The position numbers and the translations under genes were made by a program. The notes beneath the pieces are model-generated. The model was not told the DNA's origin and searched no databases. It saw only the letters and a list, made by a program, of their open reading frames with translations. Positions 47,735-57,668 of a stretch of 64,000 bases of DNA are shown piece after piece. Position 1 is the first letter of the stretch. Each line of letters starts with the position of its first letter. Source of the DNA: Kiloniellales bacterium (GTDB taxonomy: Bacteria; Pseudomonadota; Alphaproteobacteria; Kiloniellales; JAKSDN01); the NCBI GenBank assembly GCA_028280455.1, contig JANQLT010000157.1, positions 28,215-92,214 on the forward strand, given 5' to 3'.

Positions 47735-49120
47735 GTGACCGATTCCCTGGAAGGACTGCTGCACGACATCCGCCGCCTGCCGCGCTTGCGCTTCTATGGC
47801 AGGGTCAGCGGCATCCTCGGCCTGGTGGTCGAGGTCGAAGGCCTGGAGCCGGCCCTGGCCGTCGGCAGCCGCTGCCATGTCGTCGCCCGCGACGGCCGCC
47901 GGGTCGCCTGCGAGGTCATCGGTTTCCGAGCCGGACGGGCCATTCTGCTGCCTTTCGGCAAGCTGGAGGGCATCGGCCTGGGCTGCCGGGCGGAGCTGGC
48001 CGAGACGGAATTCGTGGTGCGGCCCAGCCGGGCCTGGCTCGGCCGGGTGGTCAACGCCCTGGGGCAGCCGCTCGACGGCAAGGGCCCGCTGCCGGGCGGC
48101 ACCGAGGGCTACGCGCTCAACGCCGCGCCGCCGCCGGCCCACGACCGGGGCCGGGTTTCCGGGCGCATCGACCTCGGCGTGCGGGCCATCAACTGCTTCC
48201 TGACCACCTGTCGTGGCCAGCGCATGGGGATTTTCTCGGGCTCGGGCGTCGGCAAGTCGACCCTGCTGTCGATGCTGGCGCGTTACACCGAGGCCGACGT
48301 CAACGTCATCGGCCTGATCGGCGAGCGCGGCCGCGAGGTGCAGGAGTGGCTCGAGGACGAGCTGGGCGAGGAGGGCCTGGCCCGCTCGGTCGTGGTCGTG
48401 GCCACCTCGGACGAAGCACCGCTGATGCGCCGTCAGGCTGCCTATATGATGATGGCCCTTGCGGAGTTCTTCCGCGACCAGGGCGAGGATGTTCTCTGCC
48501 TGATGGATTCCGTGACCCGTTTCGCCATGGCGCTGCGCGAGATCGGCCTGGCCGCCGGCGAGCCGCCGGCCAGCAAGGGCTACACGCCCTCGGTCTTCGC
48601 CGAGCTGCCGCGCCTGCTGGAGCGGGCCGGGCCGGGCCGCTGCACGGGCTCGATCACCGGCCTCTTCACAGTCCTGGTCGAGGGCGACGACCATAACGAG
48701 CCGATCTCCGACGCCGTACGTGGCATACTGGACGGTCATATCGTGCTGGAGCGCTCGATCGCCGAGCGCAACCGCTTCCCGGCGATCAATGTCCTGCGCA
48801 GCGTGTCGCGGACCATGCCGGGCTGCAACGGACCGGAGGAGACCAGCCTGATCGCCCAAGCCCGGGGTCATATGGCCACTTACGAGAACATGGCCGAGCT
48901 GATCCGCATCGGCGCCTACAAGCGGGGCGCCGACCCGGCGGTCGACGCCGCGATCACCTTCTATCCGCGTCTCGAGGCCTTCCTCGGCCAGCGCCGCGAC
49001 GAGCGCAGCGGCCTGGAAGAGGGCTTCGCCGGCTTAGGCGCAATCCTCGGCGCGCCGCCGCAGACCGCCGCCGAGCCGCCGGAGGCGGCGGCCCTGGCTG
49101 ACAGCGTCGAGGCCGCCTGA
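47735..49120 (+). CDS. fliI: Flagellum-specific ATPase FliI
   Basis: GTG start. Walker A GSGVGKST and F1/T3SS-ATPase blocks ([38 protein letters not shown]). Confidence 0.9.
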   Translation: MTDSLEGLLHDIRRLPRLRFYGRVSGILGLVVEVEGLEPALAVGSRCHVVARDGRRVACEVIGFRAGRAILLPFGKLEGIGLGCRAELAETEFVVRPSRAWLGRVVNALGQPLDGKGPLPGGTEGYALNAAPPPAHDRGRVSGRIDLGVRAINCFLTTCRGQRMGIFSGSGVGKSTLLSMLARYTEADVNVIGLIGERGREVQEWLEDELGEEGLARSVVVVATSDEAPLMRRQAAYMMMALAEFFRDQGEDVLCLMDSVTRFAMALREIGLAAGEPPASKGYTPSVFAELPRLLERAGPGRCTGSITGLFTVLVEGDDHNEPISDAVRGILDGHIVLERSIAERNRFPAINVLRSVSRTMPGCNGPEETSLIAQARGHMATYENMAELIRIGAYKRGADPAVDAAITFYPRLEAFLGQRRDERSGLEEGFAGLGAILGAPPQTAAEPPEAAALADSVEAA

Positions 49121-49122
49121 TC

Positions 49123-49554
49123 ATGGCCGCCCTCGATTCCATGGTGCGGGTGCACCGCTGGATGCTCGACGAGAAGCGCCGCAAGCTGGTCGAGCTGGAG
49201 CGCTTCGTCGGCCGGATCCGCGACGAGCTGCTGGCGCTGGACCAACAGATCGAGCGCGAGCGCGAGACCGCCAACCGCTCGCCCTACGAGTCCCTGGCCG
49301 CCTATGCCGCCTTCCACGCGGCCTCGAACGAGCGGCGGCAGAGGCTGGCCAAGACGGTGGAAAACCTGCAGGCGGAGGTCGATTCGGCGCGCGAGGAGGT
49401 CAACGAGGCCTTCCGCGAGCTCAAGGGCTACGAAAGCGCCCGCGAGCGGGCCGCGCAGCGCCAGCGCGACGAGCGGGCCCGGCGCGAGCAGCTCACCCTG
49501 GACGAGACCGCCATCGGCATCTACCGCCGCCGCTCCGGGCCGCGTGCCGGCTAA
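49123..49554 (+). CDS. fliJ: Flagellar export chaperone FliJ-like coiled-coil protein
   Basis: 143-aa charged coiled-coil protein immediately after fliI. The assignment rests on position and composition. Confidence 0.55.
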   Translation: MAALDSMVRVHRWMLDEKRRKLVELERFVGRIRDELLALDQQIERERETANRSPYESLAAYAAFHAASNERRQRLAKTVENLQAEVDSAREEVNEAFRELKGYESARERAAQRQRDERARREQLTLDETAIGIYRRRSGPRAG

Positions 49555-49673
49555 GGCCGTTCCTGGCCGCTCCCATCCCCAGCGACCGTCGATCACAGGC
49601 AGGTCCGAGGTGATCCATGGGAAGATTTCCCACGTAGAAGGGAAATCTACCACGCTCACGGGGATGGCAAACC

Positions 49674-50171
49674 ATGTCTTTTCTCAAGTCGTTGCGGGCG
49701 ATCGTGCTCGCCTTTCCCTTCGCCCTGGCCGCCTGCGCCGGCCAGCAGCAGGCCGAGACCGCGCCCGATATCGTCGACACGGCGGTGGCGGCCGGCCAGT
49801 TCCAGACCCTGGTCGCCGCGGTCCAGGCGGCCGATCTGGTGCCGACCTTGAAGAGCGACGGCCCCTTCACGGTCTTCGCGCCGACCGACGAGGCCTTCGC
49901 CAAGCTGCCGGCCGGCACCGTGGAGAGCCTGCTCGAGCCGGCCAACAAGGACCAGCTTGTCGCCGTGCTGACCTACCACGTGGTGCCGGGCAAGCTGATG
50001 TCGGGCGACATCGCCGGCCGGCAGGGCCGGGTAAAGACGGTGCAGGGCAGCGAGCTCAGCTTCGATGCGACCAGCGGCGTCTCGGTCGACAACGCCAAGG
50101 TGATCGCCGCCGACATCGAGGCGTCGAACGGCGTCATTCACGTCATCGATACGGTGGTGCTGCCGAAGTAG
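49674..50171 (+). CDS. Fasciclin (FAS1) domain lipoprotein
   Basis: Lipobox FALAAC and FAS1 motifs ([32 protein letters not shown]). Confidence 0.85.
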   Translation: MSFLKSLRAIVLAFPFALAACAGQQQAETAPDIVDTAVAAGQFQTLVAAVQAADLVPTLKSDGPFTVFAPTDEAFAKLPAGTVESLLEPANKDQLVAVLTYHVVPGKLMSGDIAGRQGRVKTVQGSELSFDATSGVSVDNAKVIAADIEASNGVIHVIDTVVLPK

Positions 50172-50195
50172 GCTCGGCGCTACCGGCGGCGGAAG

Positions 50196-50221
50196 CGCCC
50201 CGCCAAGACGGCGGGGCCTTT
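50196..50221 (+). terminator. Terminator-like hairpin after the fasciclin gene
   Basis: GCCCCGCC-AAGAC-GGCGGGGC followed by CTTTC. Confidence 0.4.
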
Positions 50222-50265
50222 CGTCGTGGCGCGCGGCGAGCGGATCCGGGGATCGGCAGGCGGCC

Positions 50266-50700
50266 ATGAGCATCTACGTCTCGATCACCGGCCTGACCTT
50301 GAGGCGGCCCTGGCACGCCTTCCGCTTCTACTGGTACGCGATCCCGTCGATCCGCCAGGCGCGGGCGGCCGAGGGCAACCTTCACACCGCGGTCAAGACC
50401 GTGAATGGCGTGCACCACACCCTGACGGCCTGGCGCGACGAGCAGGCGATGCGGGCCTTTCTCCAGAGCGGCGCCCATGGCCGGGCGATGCGGTCCTTCG
50501 ACGACTTCGCCGAGGGCAAGACCTTCGGCTTCGAGGCCGTGGCCATACCGTCCTGGGACGAGGCCCTGACCCTCTGGCGCGCCATGGGCCGCGACGTCCG
50601 GGTCATGGCGCGGGGCCGGAATCGGAACGGCGGCTCCGGGGAGCCGCCGTCCGAGGAAGCGCGCGGCGCCGATCGGGCTCAGCTCGGATCGGGCACGTAG
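50266..50700 (+). CDS. Hypothetical protein, possible ABM/DUF3291-like alpha+beta barrel
   Basis: 144 aa. The segment TLTAWRDEQAMRAFLQSGAHGRAM resembles the W.S.EA..AF..S..H..AM signature of DUF3291/ABM-like proteins. The 3' end overlaps the convergent peroxiredoxin gene by 22 nt. Confidence 0.45.
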   Translation: MSIYVSITGLTLRRPWHAFRFYWYAIPSIRQARAAEGNLHTAVKTVNGVHHTLTAWRDEQAMRAFLQSGAHGRAMRSFDDFAEGKTFGFEAVAIPSWDEALTLWRAMGRDVRVMARGRNRNGGSGEPPSEEARGADRAQLGSGT

Positions 50701-51338
50701 CGCAGGTAGGGCAGCGGCGCGCGCCAGCCGTCCGGGTACTTCTTCTTCGCTTCTTCGTCGTTGATCGCCGGCACGATCACCACGTCCTCGCCGTGCTTCC
50801 AGTTGACCGGCGTCGCGACCTTCTCCTTGGCCGTGAGCTGGCAGGAGTCGAGCAGGCGGAGGATCTCGTCGAAGTTGCGGCCGGTGCTCATGGGATAGGT
50901 GAGGGTCGCCTTGATCTTCTTGTCCGGGCCGATGACGAAGACCGAGCGCGCGGTGGCGTTGTCGACGGCCGTCCGGCCCTCGGAGCTGTCGCCGCTGTCG
51001 GCCGGCAGCATGTCGTAGGCCTTGACCACCTTGAGCTCGGGATCGCCGATCAGCGGATAGTTCAGGGCCTGGCCCTGGGAGCTCTCGATGTCCTTCGACC
51101 AGCGCTCGTGCTCCGGCACGCCGTCGACGGAGATGCCGATCACCTTGGTGTTGCGCTTGTCGAACTCCGGCTTGAGCTTCGCCATGTAGCCCAGCTCAGT
51201 GGTGCAGATCGGCGTGAAGTCCTTGGGGTGGGAGAAGAGGATGGCCCAACCTTCGCCGATCCAGTCATGGAACGAGATCGTGCCCTCCGTGGTGTCGGAG
51301 GTGAAGTTGGGTGCCTCGTCGTTGATTCTCAGAGTCAT
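50679..51338 (-). CDS. 1-Cys peroxiredoxin (Prx6 type)
   Basis: APNFTSDTTEG..WAILFSHPKDFTPICTTEL contains the peroxidatic Cys motif. 219 aa. Confidence 0.9.
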   Translation of the reverse strand: MTLRINDEAPNFTSDTTEGTISFHDWIGEGWAILFSHPKDFTPICTTELGYMAKLKPEFDKRNTKVIGISVDGVPEHERWSKDIESSQGQALNYPLIGDPELKVVKAYDMLPADSGDSSEGRTAVDNATARSVFVIGPDKKIKATLTYPMSTGRNFDEILRLLDSCQLTAKEKVATPVNWKHGEDVVIVPAINDEEAKKKYPDGWRAPLPYLRYVPDPS

Positions 51339-51542
51339 AGCGTCGTTCCTTGTCTAGCCCTGTATCCGGAACCCCCGAATGGGCCGGGGTGTAGCATAGA
51401 GGCCGGTGCCGAGACAGCGCCGCGCGCGTTTCATTTGTATGTGACACAACGCGGCAACGCGCCCGAAGGCCGCCGATTCCCATGGTCTCCGCTCCTGGCC
51501 GCGCTGTAGGCTCGCCCCGGAGAAGGCCAAGAGGAGGGAGCC

Positions 51543-52666
51543 TTGATCCCAGCGACCATGACGGGCGTGCAGCTTATCGGCTACGGCGGGCTCGACAAGC
51601 TACAGCTCCGCGACGACCTGCCGACGCCCCAGCCCGGACCGGGCGAGGTCCTGATCCAGGTCTCGGCGGCCGGCATGAACAACACCGACATCAACACCCG
51701 CACCGGCTGGTACAGCCAGACGGTGGAGAGCGGGACCACCGCCGACGGCGGCCAGGGCGGTTTCGGCGTCGAGAGCGGCGGCATGGGCGACTGGGGCGGC
51801 GACATCGCCTTCCCGCGCATCCAGGGCGCCGACGTGGTCGGCCGGATCGTCGCGGTCGGCGCGGGCGTCGCCGAGCAGCGGCTCGGCGAGCGGGTGGTCT
51901 GCGACCCCTACCTGCTCGATCCCGACGACGAGACGGGCCTCGATAGCGCCGGCTTCCTCGGCGCGGCCCATGACGGCGGCTTCGCCCAGTTCACCTGCGT
52001 GCCGGACAGCAACGCCGTCGCCATCCCCGAGGGCGTCGCGGCCTCGGACGCCGAGATCGCCACCTTGCCCTGCTCGGGCGGCACGGCCATGAACATGTAC
52101 CTGATGGCCGGCCTCGAGGCGGGCGACCGCGTCCTGGTGACCGGCGCTTCCGGCGGGGTCGGCAGCTTCCTGGTGCAGATCGCCAAGCATGCCGGCGCCG
52201 AGGTGGTCGGCGTCTGCGGCCGCTCGAAGGCGCAGGCGGTGCGGGATCTCGGCGCCGACGCGGTGGTCGACCGCGCGGCCGAGGATCTGGTCGGCGCGGC
52301 GATGGCGGCGACGGGCGCTCGCCCCTACACGCTGGTCGCCGATGTCGTCGGCGGCCCGCAGTTCGCCCAGTACCTCGCCCTGCTCGCCCGCGGCGGGCGC
52401 TACGTCACCGCCGGAACCGCCGCCGAGGCCCCCGCCCGTGTCGCAAACTGCGCACGCTCTACCTCAAAAGCCTCGCCTTCTTCGGCTCGACGGTCTACCG
52501 CCGGGACGCCTTCCCGGCCTTGTTGCGAATCCTGGCCGAGGGCGGGCTCAAGCCGGCCGTCGAGGCGGTCCGGCCGCTGATGGAGATCCAGGCGGCCCAG
52601 GAGGCCTTCCTGGAGAAGCGCCATGTCGGCAGCTTCGTGCTGGAGCCGCCGCCGCTCGGTCAGTGA
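51543..52666 (+). pseudogene. Zn-independent quinone oxidoreductase / MDR-family dehydrogenase with a frameshift near 52445-52448
   Basis: Frame 1 is MDR-like up to ...LLARGGRYVTAG and then turns into low-complexity sequence. The conserved C-terminus (LRTLYLKSLAFFGSTVY...AQEAFLEKRHVGSFVLEP, stop at 52664-66) continues in another frame from 52448. Confidence 0.6.
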
Positions 52667-52677
52667 AGACTGTACGG

Positions 52678-53730
52678 CTAGGGCGCGTCGGCAGGCGGCG
52701 GCCCGGTCGAGCCGCGGACGATCAGCTCGACGTCGAGCGGCGAGGGCGGCACGGCTTCCTCGCCGGCCAGCACCGAGAGCAGGTGGCGGCCGGCGAGCCG
52801 GCCCATCTCGCTCTGTGGCGTGCGCACCGTGGTCAGGCCCGGGGTCATCTGCGCCGCCAGCCAGAAATCGTCGAAGCCGGTGATCGAGACCTCGTCCGGC
52901 ACCTTGAGCCCGAGGGCCTGGGCTTCGAAGAGCGCGCCGTAGGCGAAGGGCTCCGAGCCGCAGATGACGGCGGTCGGGCGGGGCCGCCGGGTCATCAGGA
53001 GACGAAAGGCCTCGCGCCCTTCGGTCGAGCCGAAGGGCCGCTCGAGGACCAGGGATTCGTCCAGGGTGAGACCCTGCTCGGCGAGGGCCGAGCGGGTGCC
53101 GGCGATGCGCGCCGCCGCCCGGTCGTTGTCCTTGACGAAGCCCGAGATGACGCCGATGCGGCTATGGCCCATGTCCAGGAGGTGTCGTGCCGCGCGACGG
53201 GCGGCTTCGGCGTTGTCGAAGCCGATACAGGGCCGCTCGCCGTCGCTCTCGGAGATCCAGATCAGCACGTAGGGCACGCCGTTGCGCTCGATCAGGCGGT
53301 AGACCGAGTCGTCGCGGATGCCGCCGACCAGCACCAGGGCATCGATGCCGCTGGTCAGCAGGTTCCGGACATGGTGCTGCTCTCGTTCCAGGTCGTAGCC
53401 GTAGGAGGCCACGACCAGCGTGTAGCCGGCCTCGCCGACCTCCTGTTGCAGGGCCTCCAGGGTGCGGCCGAACAGCGTGGTGTCGAGGATCGGGAAGATC
53501 GCGCCGATCATCCGCGAGCGCCGGGAGGCGAGGGAGCGGGCGCCGCCGTGGGGCACGTAGTCGAGCAGGCGGATCGCCGCCTCGACCTTGCTCTTCAACG
53601 CCGGCCGGACCAGGTCCGGGCTGTTCAGGCAGCGCGAGACCGTGGCCGGCGAGACCCCGGCGTGGCGCGCCACCTCTTCCAGGGTCGCGCCGGTTTTGGC
53701 GCGGTTCTTGAAAGCGCCTTCAGGCGCCAT
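52678..53730 (-). CDS. LacI family transcriptional regulator
   Basis: HTH ATLEEVARHAGVSPATVSRCLN plus a periplasmic-binding-protein-like effector domain. Confidence 0.9.
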   Translation of the reverse strand: MAPEGAFKNRAKTGATLEEVARHAGVSPATVSRCLNSPDLVRPALKSKVEAAIRLLDYVPHGGARSLASRRSRMIGAIFPILDTTLFGRTLEALQQEVGEAGYTLVVASYGYDLEREQHHVRNLLTSGIDALVLVGGIRDDSVYRLIERNGVPYVLIWISESDGERPCIGFDNAEAARRAARHLLDMGHSRIGVISGFVKDNDRAAARIAGTRSALAEQGLTLDESLVLERPFGSTEGREAFRLLMTRRPRPTAVICGSEPFAYGALFEAQALGLKVPDEVSITGFDDFWLAAQMTPGLTTVRTPQSEMGRLAGRHLLSVLAGEEAVPPSPLDVELIVRGSTGPPPADAP

Positions 53731-53870
53731 GGCGCGCTCTAGCCATGGTCCTGACCCCGTCGTATGGAGCCGATCAGGTGCATTCGGCGGAGAATAGCAC
53801 AGAGATCTGCCGTGTCAGGCCCTGGAATCTCCAGGCACTTGACTCCCTAGGGTAAGCAATGCTCTAGTCA

Positions 53871-53886
53871 TTGAAAGCGCTTTCAA
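53871..53886. promoter_or_regulatory. LacI-family operator, perfect 16-bp palindrome TTGAAAGCGCTTTCAA
   Basis: Matches the generic LacI/GalR operator pattern (TGNAANCGNTTNCA). It lies between the divergent LacI gene and the aminotransferase gene, 69 nt upstream of the latter. Confidence 0.7.
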
Positions 53887-53954
53887 GGCGCGAACCCACC
53901 GGCGCGGCCAAATGGGCCGGGCATGCGGGCCGGTGAAGGCAGGGACGCAAGACG

Positions 53955-55205
53955 ATGGCGACGATCTCTCTGGACGATCGGGCGACGGGCCCGTCCGTGC
54001 GGCCGAACCGGACGGTCTTCGCCGGCGACCTCTCCGCGCCGGAGCCGATCCCGGAAGCGGGCATCGAGGCGGCCCTGCGCCTGATGCGCGACGGCCGGCT
54101 GTTCCGCTACGGCGAGGACCGCAGCGGCCTGCCCGAGGCGGCGCTCCTGGAAGAGGAGTATGCGGCCTACATGGGCCGCAAGTACTGCGTCGCCATCAAC
54201 TCCGGCGGCTGCGCCCTGTTCATCGCCCTGCGCGCGGCCGGCGTCGAGCCCGGCGACGCGGTCCTGGTCAATGCCTTCACCCTGGCGCCGGTGCCGGGGG
54301 CCATCGCCCACGCCGGCGCGAAGCCGGTGCTGGTCGACATCGATGACCGCTACGTCATCGACCTGGAGGACCTGGACCGCAAGGCAGAGGAGAGCGGCGC
54401 CAAGGTCCTGATGCTGTCCTACATGCGCGGCCACATCCCGGACATGGACGCGCTGATGGCGCTCTGCGCGCGCCGCGGCCTGACCGTGATCGAGGACTGC
54501 GCCCACACCATGGGCGCCCGCTGGGACGGCCGGCTGAGCGGCAGCTTCGGCGCCGTCGCCTGCTTCAGCACCCAGACCTTCAAGCACATCAACTCCGGCG
54601 AGGGCGGCCTGCTGGTCACCGACGACGAGGACATCGCCGCCAAGGCGATCCTGCTCAGCGGCAGCTACATGCTCTACGCCCAGCACCGGGCCCGGCCGGA
54701 CATGGTGGTCTTCGAGCGGCACCGCTTCACGACGCCGAACTGCTCGATGCGCATGTCGGCCCTGGTCGCCTCGCTGCTGCGCCCGCAGGTCGCCGAGATC
54801 GAAGAGCGCAACGAGCGCTGGCGGACGATCCACGCCCGGCTCGCGCCCCTGGTCGACGCCATCGACCACATCGCGGTGCCGGCGCGGCCGGCGGCCGAGG
54901 CCTTCGTGCCCTCGTCGCTGCAGTTCTCGCTGGTCGATCTGGAGGACGCCCGGGCCGAGCGCTTCGTCGCCGCGGCCAACGCGCACGGCGTCCACGTCAA
55001 GTGGTTCGGGACCGAGGGCCCGGTCGGCTTCACCAGCCGCCACGACCACTGGCGCTACATCGAGACGACGGACGCGGTGCCCAACGCCGACCGCGTCCTG
55101 CACGGCCTCTGCGACATTCGGCTGCCGCTCTGGCTGACCGACGAGGACTGCGAGACCATCGCGGCCGTGCTGCGCGAGGCCATGGCGGACGCCCTGGCGG
55201 CATGA
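53955..55205 (+). CDS. DegT/DnrJ/EryC1/StrS-family PLP-dependent aminotransferase
   Basis: Fold-type I blocks (INSGGCALFIALRA, VIEDCAHTMGA) and a Lys-containing FSTQTFKHINSGEGG. Confidence 0.75.
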   Translation: MATISLDDRATGPSVRPNRTVFAGDLSAPEPIPEAGIEAALRLMRDGRLFRYGEDRSGLPEAALLEEEYAAYMGRKYCVAINSGGCALFIALRAAGVEPGDAVLVNAFTLAPVPGAIAHAGAKPVLVDIDDRYVIDLEDLDRKAEESGAKVLMLSYMRGHIPDMDALMALCARRGLTVIEDCAHTMGARWDGRLSGSFGAVACFSTQTFKHINSGEGGLLVTDDEDIAAKAILLSGSYMLYAQHRARPDMVVFERHRFTTPNCSMRMSALVASLLRPQVAEIEERNERWRTIHARLAPLVDAIDHIAVPARPAAEAFVPSSLQFSLVDLEDARAERFVAAANAHGVHVKWFGTEGPVGFTSRHDHWRYIETTDAVPNADRVLHGLCDIRLPLWLTDEDCETIAAVLREAMADALAA

Positions 55206-55245
55206 GCGCTCGCAGGCACCCGGAGCCGACGCGGGGGATCGGCGC

Positions 55246-57663
55246 GTGAAGAGCCATGCCCGCGCAGTGGTGATCGGCGGCGGCATCGGCGGCTGCAGCA
55301 CCCTCTATCACCTGACCCGCGAGGGCTGGAGCGACGTGGTCCTGGTCGAGCGCGACGAGCTGACCTCGGGCTCGACCTGGCACGCTGCCGCGCAGGTCAC
55401 GCAGTTCGGCGCCAACCAGGTCATGGTCGGCCTCAAGCGGCACAGCGTGCAGCTCTACCGCGAGCTGGCCGACGACCCGGAGCATCCGATCAACTACCAC
55501 ATCACCGGCGGCATCCGCCTGGCCCACAGCGACGACCATATCGACGGCTACAAGCACTTCATCGGCATGGCCCGGGGCATGGGCGTCGAGCTCGAATTGC
55601 TGTCGGCCGAGGAGTGCGGCCGGCGCCACCCGCTGATGGCGACCCACGGCCTCAAGGGCGGCCTCTGGGACCCGCTCGACGGCGACATCGACCCCAGCCA
55701 GCTCACCCAGGCGCTGGCCCGGCGGGCCCGGCAGGCCGGCGCCGAGATCTATCGCTTCAACCCGGTCGAGGCGATCGAGCGGCGGCCGGGCGGCGAGTGG
55801 CTGGTGCGCACCAGGAACGGCGACATCCTCTGCGAGGTCGTCGTCAACGCCACCGGCTACCGGGTCAACGAAGTCGGCCGCATGCTCGGCGTCGAGCACC
55901 CCGTCGTCTCCATGGAGCACCAGTACTTCCTGACCGAGCCGATCGCCGCCCTGGAAGAGATGGACAAGCGGGTGCCGATCATCCGCGACCCGGGCGACGA
56001 CTTCTACAGCCGCCAGGAGAAGCACGGCCTGCTGGTCGGCATCTACGAGCAGGGCTGCAAGACCTGGGGGCTCGACGGCATCGACCCGAGCTTCACCATG
56101 GAGCTCTGCCCGAACGACCTCGACCGCCTGCTCGACAACATGGAGCGGGTCTTCGAGCGGCTGCCGGCGCTGACCGAGACCGGCATCACCCGCACCATCA
56201 ACGGGCCGATCACCTACTCGGCCGACGGCCTGCCGCTGATCGGCAAGATCCCGGGCCTGCGCAACGCCTACGCCTGCCTCGGCCTGCGCGCCGGCATCGG
56301 CGAGGGCGGCGGCCACGGCAAGCTGCTGGCCGAGATCATCGTCCACGGCGAGGCCGAGTGGGACACCTGGCCGCTCGACCCGCGGCGCTTCACCGGCCAC
56401 TGCAACACCGAGTACACGGCCCTGAAGGCGATCGAGGACTACCGGAACGAGTTCCGCTTCCATATGCCGCACGAGCATCGGCCGGCCGGGCGGCCGGCCA
56501 AGACCACGCCGCTCTACGGCCACCTGGCGGAAGCCGGCGCCGCGTTCGGCACGGTCGCCGGCTGGGAGCGGGCGCTGTTCTTCAAGCCGAGCCCGGACTT
56601 CGAGGACCGGCACAGCTTCCGTTTCACGCCGACGGAGGCGGTCGTCGCCGAGGAGATCGCGGCGGTGCAGGAGCGGGTCGGCCTGATGGAGGTCTCCGGC
56701 TTCAACCGCTTCGAGATCGCCGGCCCGGGCGCGGCCGACTGGCTCGACGGCCTGGTCTGCGGGCCGATCCCCAAGAGCGTCGGCCGGGTCGGCCTGAGCT
56801 ACTTCCTGACCGAGCAGGGCCACGTGCTGGGCGAGGCCACCCTCGCCAAGCTCGGCGAGGACCGCTTCTGGTACGGCTCGGCGGCGGCGGCCGAGTACCA
56901 CGACTGGGACTGGCTGAGCGAGCGCCTGCCGGCGGAGGGCATCGCGCTCAGCAACCTGACCGCCTCGCATAGCATCCTGGTCGTCGCCGGGCCGCGCTCC
57001 CGGGATCTCCTGGCGCAGGTCGCGCCGCGGAGCGACTGGTCGAACGAAGCCTTTCCCTGGCTGACCCTGCAGCCGGTCTTCATCGGCTCGGCGCGGGCCC
57101 TGGCCATGCGGGTCAGCTTCTCCGGCGAGCTGGCCTGGGAGCTGCACCTGCCCAACGAGCAGCTCGTCCTCGCCTACCGGGCCCTGGAAGCCGTGGGCGC
57201 CGAGTTCGGCCTGCGGCCCTTCGGGCTCTACGCCACCGAGTCCATGCGCCTGGAGAAGGGCTTCCGCCACTGGAAGGCCGACCTGGTGACGGACTACTCG
57301 GTCCTCGAGTCCGCGCTCGACCGCTTCCTCAAGCTCGACAAGCCGGGCTTCGTCGGCCGCGAGGCCGTCCTGGTTGAGCAGCAGCGCGGGGCGCGGAACC
57401 GCTTCGTCTCCCTGGTGGTCGACTGCGACGTCGGGCCCGCCCACAGCGGCGACCCGATCTACAGCAACGGCAGCCAGGTCGGCACCGTCACCTCCGGTGG
57501 CTACGGCCACCGCGTGCGCAAGAACATCGCCATGGGCTTCGTCGAGACCGTCCACGCGGCGCCGGGCAGCGGTCTCGAGATCGGCATCATCGGCGAGCGC
57601 TATCCGGCGCAGGTCGTCGAGGCGCCGCTCTACGATCCCGAGCACGCGCGGATGAGGGCCTAG
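55246..57663 (+). CDS. FAD-dependent oxidase fused to a GcvT-like folate-binding domain (dimethylglycine/sarcosine dehydrogenase family)
   Basis: GTG start. Dinucleotide fold VVIGGGIGGCS; 805 aa with a C-terminal aminomethyltransferase-like domain (FNRFEIAGPGAADWLD, GYGHRVRKNIAMGFV). Confidence 0.85.
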   Translation: MKSHARAVVIGGGIGGCSTLYHLTREGWSDVVLVERDELTSGSTWHAAAQVTQFGANQVMVGLKRHSVQLYRELADDPEHPINYHITGGIRLAHSDDHIDGYKHFIGMARGMGVELELLSAEECGRRHPLMATHGLKGGLWDPLDGDIDPSQLTQALARRARQAGAEIYRFNPVEAIERRPGGEWLVRTRNGDILCEVVVNATGYRVNEVGRMLGVEHPVVSMEHQYFLTEPIAALEEMDKRVPIIRDPGDDFYSRQEKHGLLVGIYEQGCKTWGLDGIDPSFTMELCPNDLDRLLDNMERVFERLPALTETGITRTINGPITYSADGLPLIGKIPGLRNAYACLGLRAGIGEGGGHGKLLAEIIVHGEAEWDTWPLDPRRFTGHCNTEYTALKAIEDYRNEFRFHMPHEHRPAGRPAKTTPLYGHLAEAGAAFGTVAGWERALFFKPSPDFEDRHSFRFTPTEAVVAEEIAAVQERVGLMEVSGFNRFEIAGPGAADWLDGLVCGPIPKSVGRVGLSYFLTEQGHVLGEATLAKLGEDRFWYGSAAAAEYHDWDWLSERLPAEGIALSNLTASHSILVVAGPRSRDLLAQVAPRSDWSNEAFPWLTLQPVFIGSARALAMRVSFSGELAWELHLPNEQLVLAYRALEAVGAEFGLRPFGLYATESMRLEKGFRHWKADLVTDYSVLESALDRFLKLDKPGFVGREAVLVEQQRGARNRFVSLVVDCDVGPAHSGDPIYSNGSQVGTVTSGGYGHRVRKNIAMGFVETVHAAPGSGLEIGIIGERYPAQVVEAPLYDPEHARMRA

Positions 57664-57668
57664 AGGCC

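Noticed and set aside
51435-51449. Palindrome TTGTATGTGACACAA in the peroxiredoxin/oxidoreductase divergent region, which shares TTGTATG with the island's GntR-type operator.
   Set aside because: The arm spacing differs (7 nt versus 3 nt) and it lies outside the island. I did not count it as a fourth operator copy. It may bind a different factor.
55030-57645. 871-aa ORF antisense to the DMGDH-like gene. Similar long antisense or out-of-frame ORFs occur at 30498-33029, 1083-3002, 17536-19185, 19163-20605, 37645-39258 and 40782-42434.
   Set aside because: All overlap genes with clear family signatures on the other strand or frame, and all show the Arg/Pro/Gly/Ala bias expected from reading GC-rich coding DNA out of frame.
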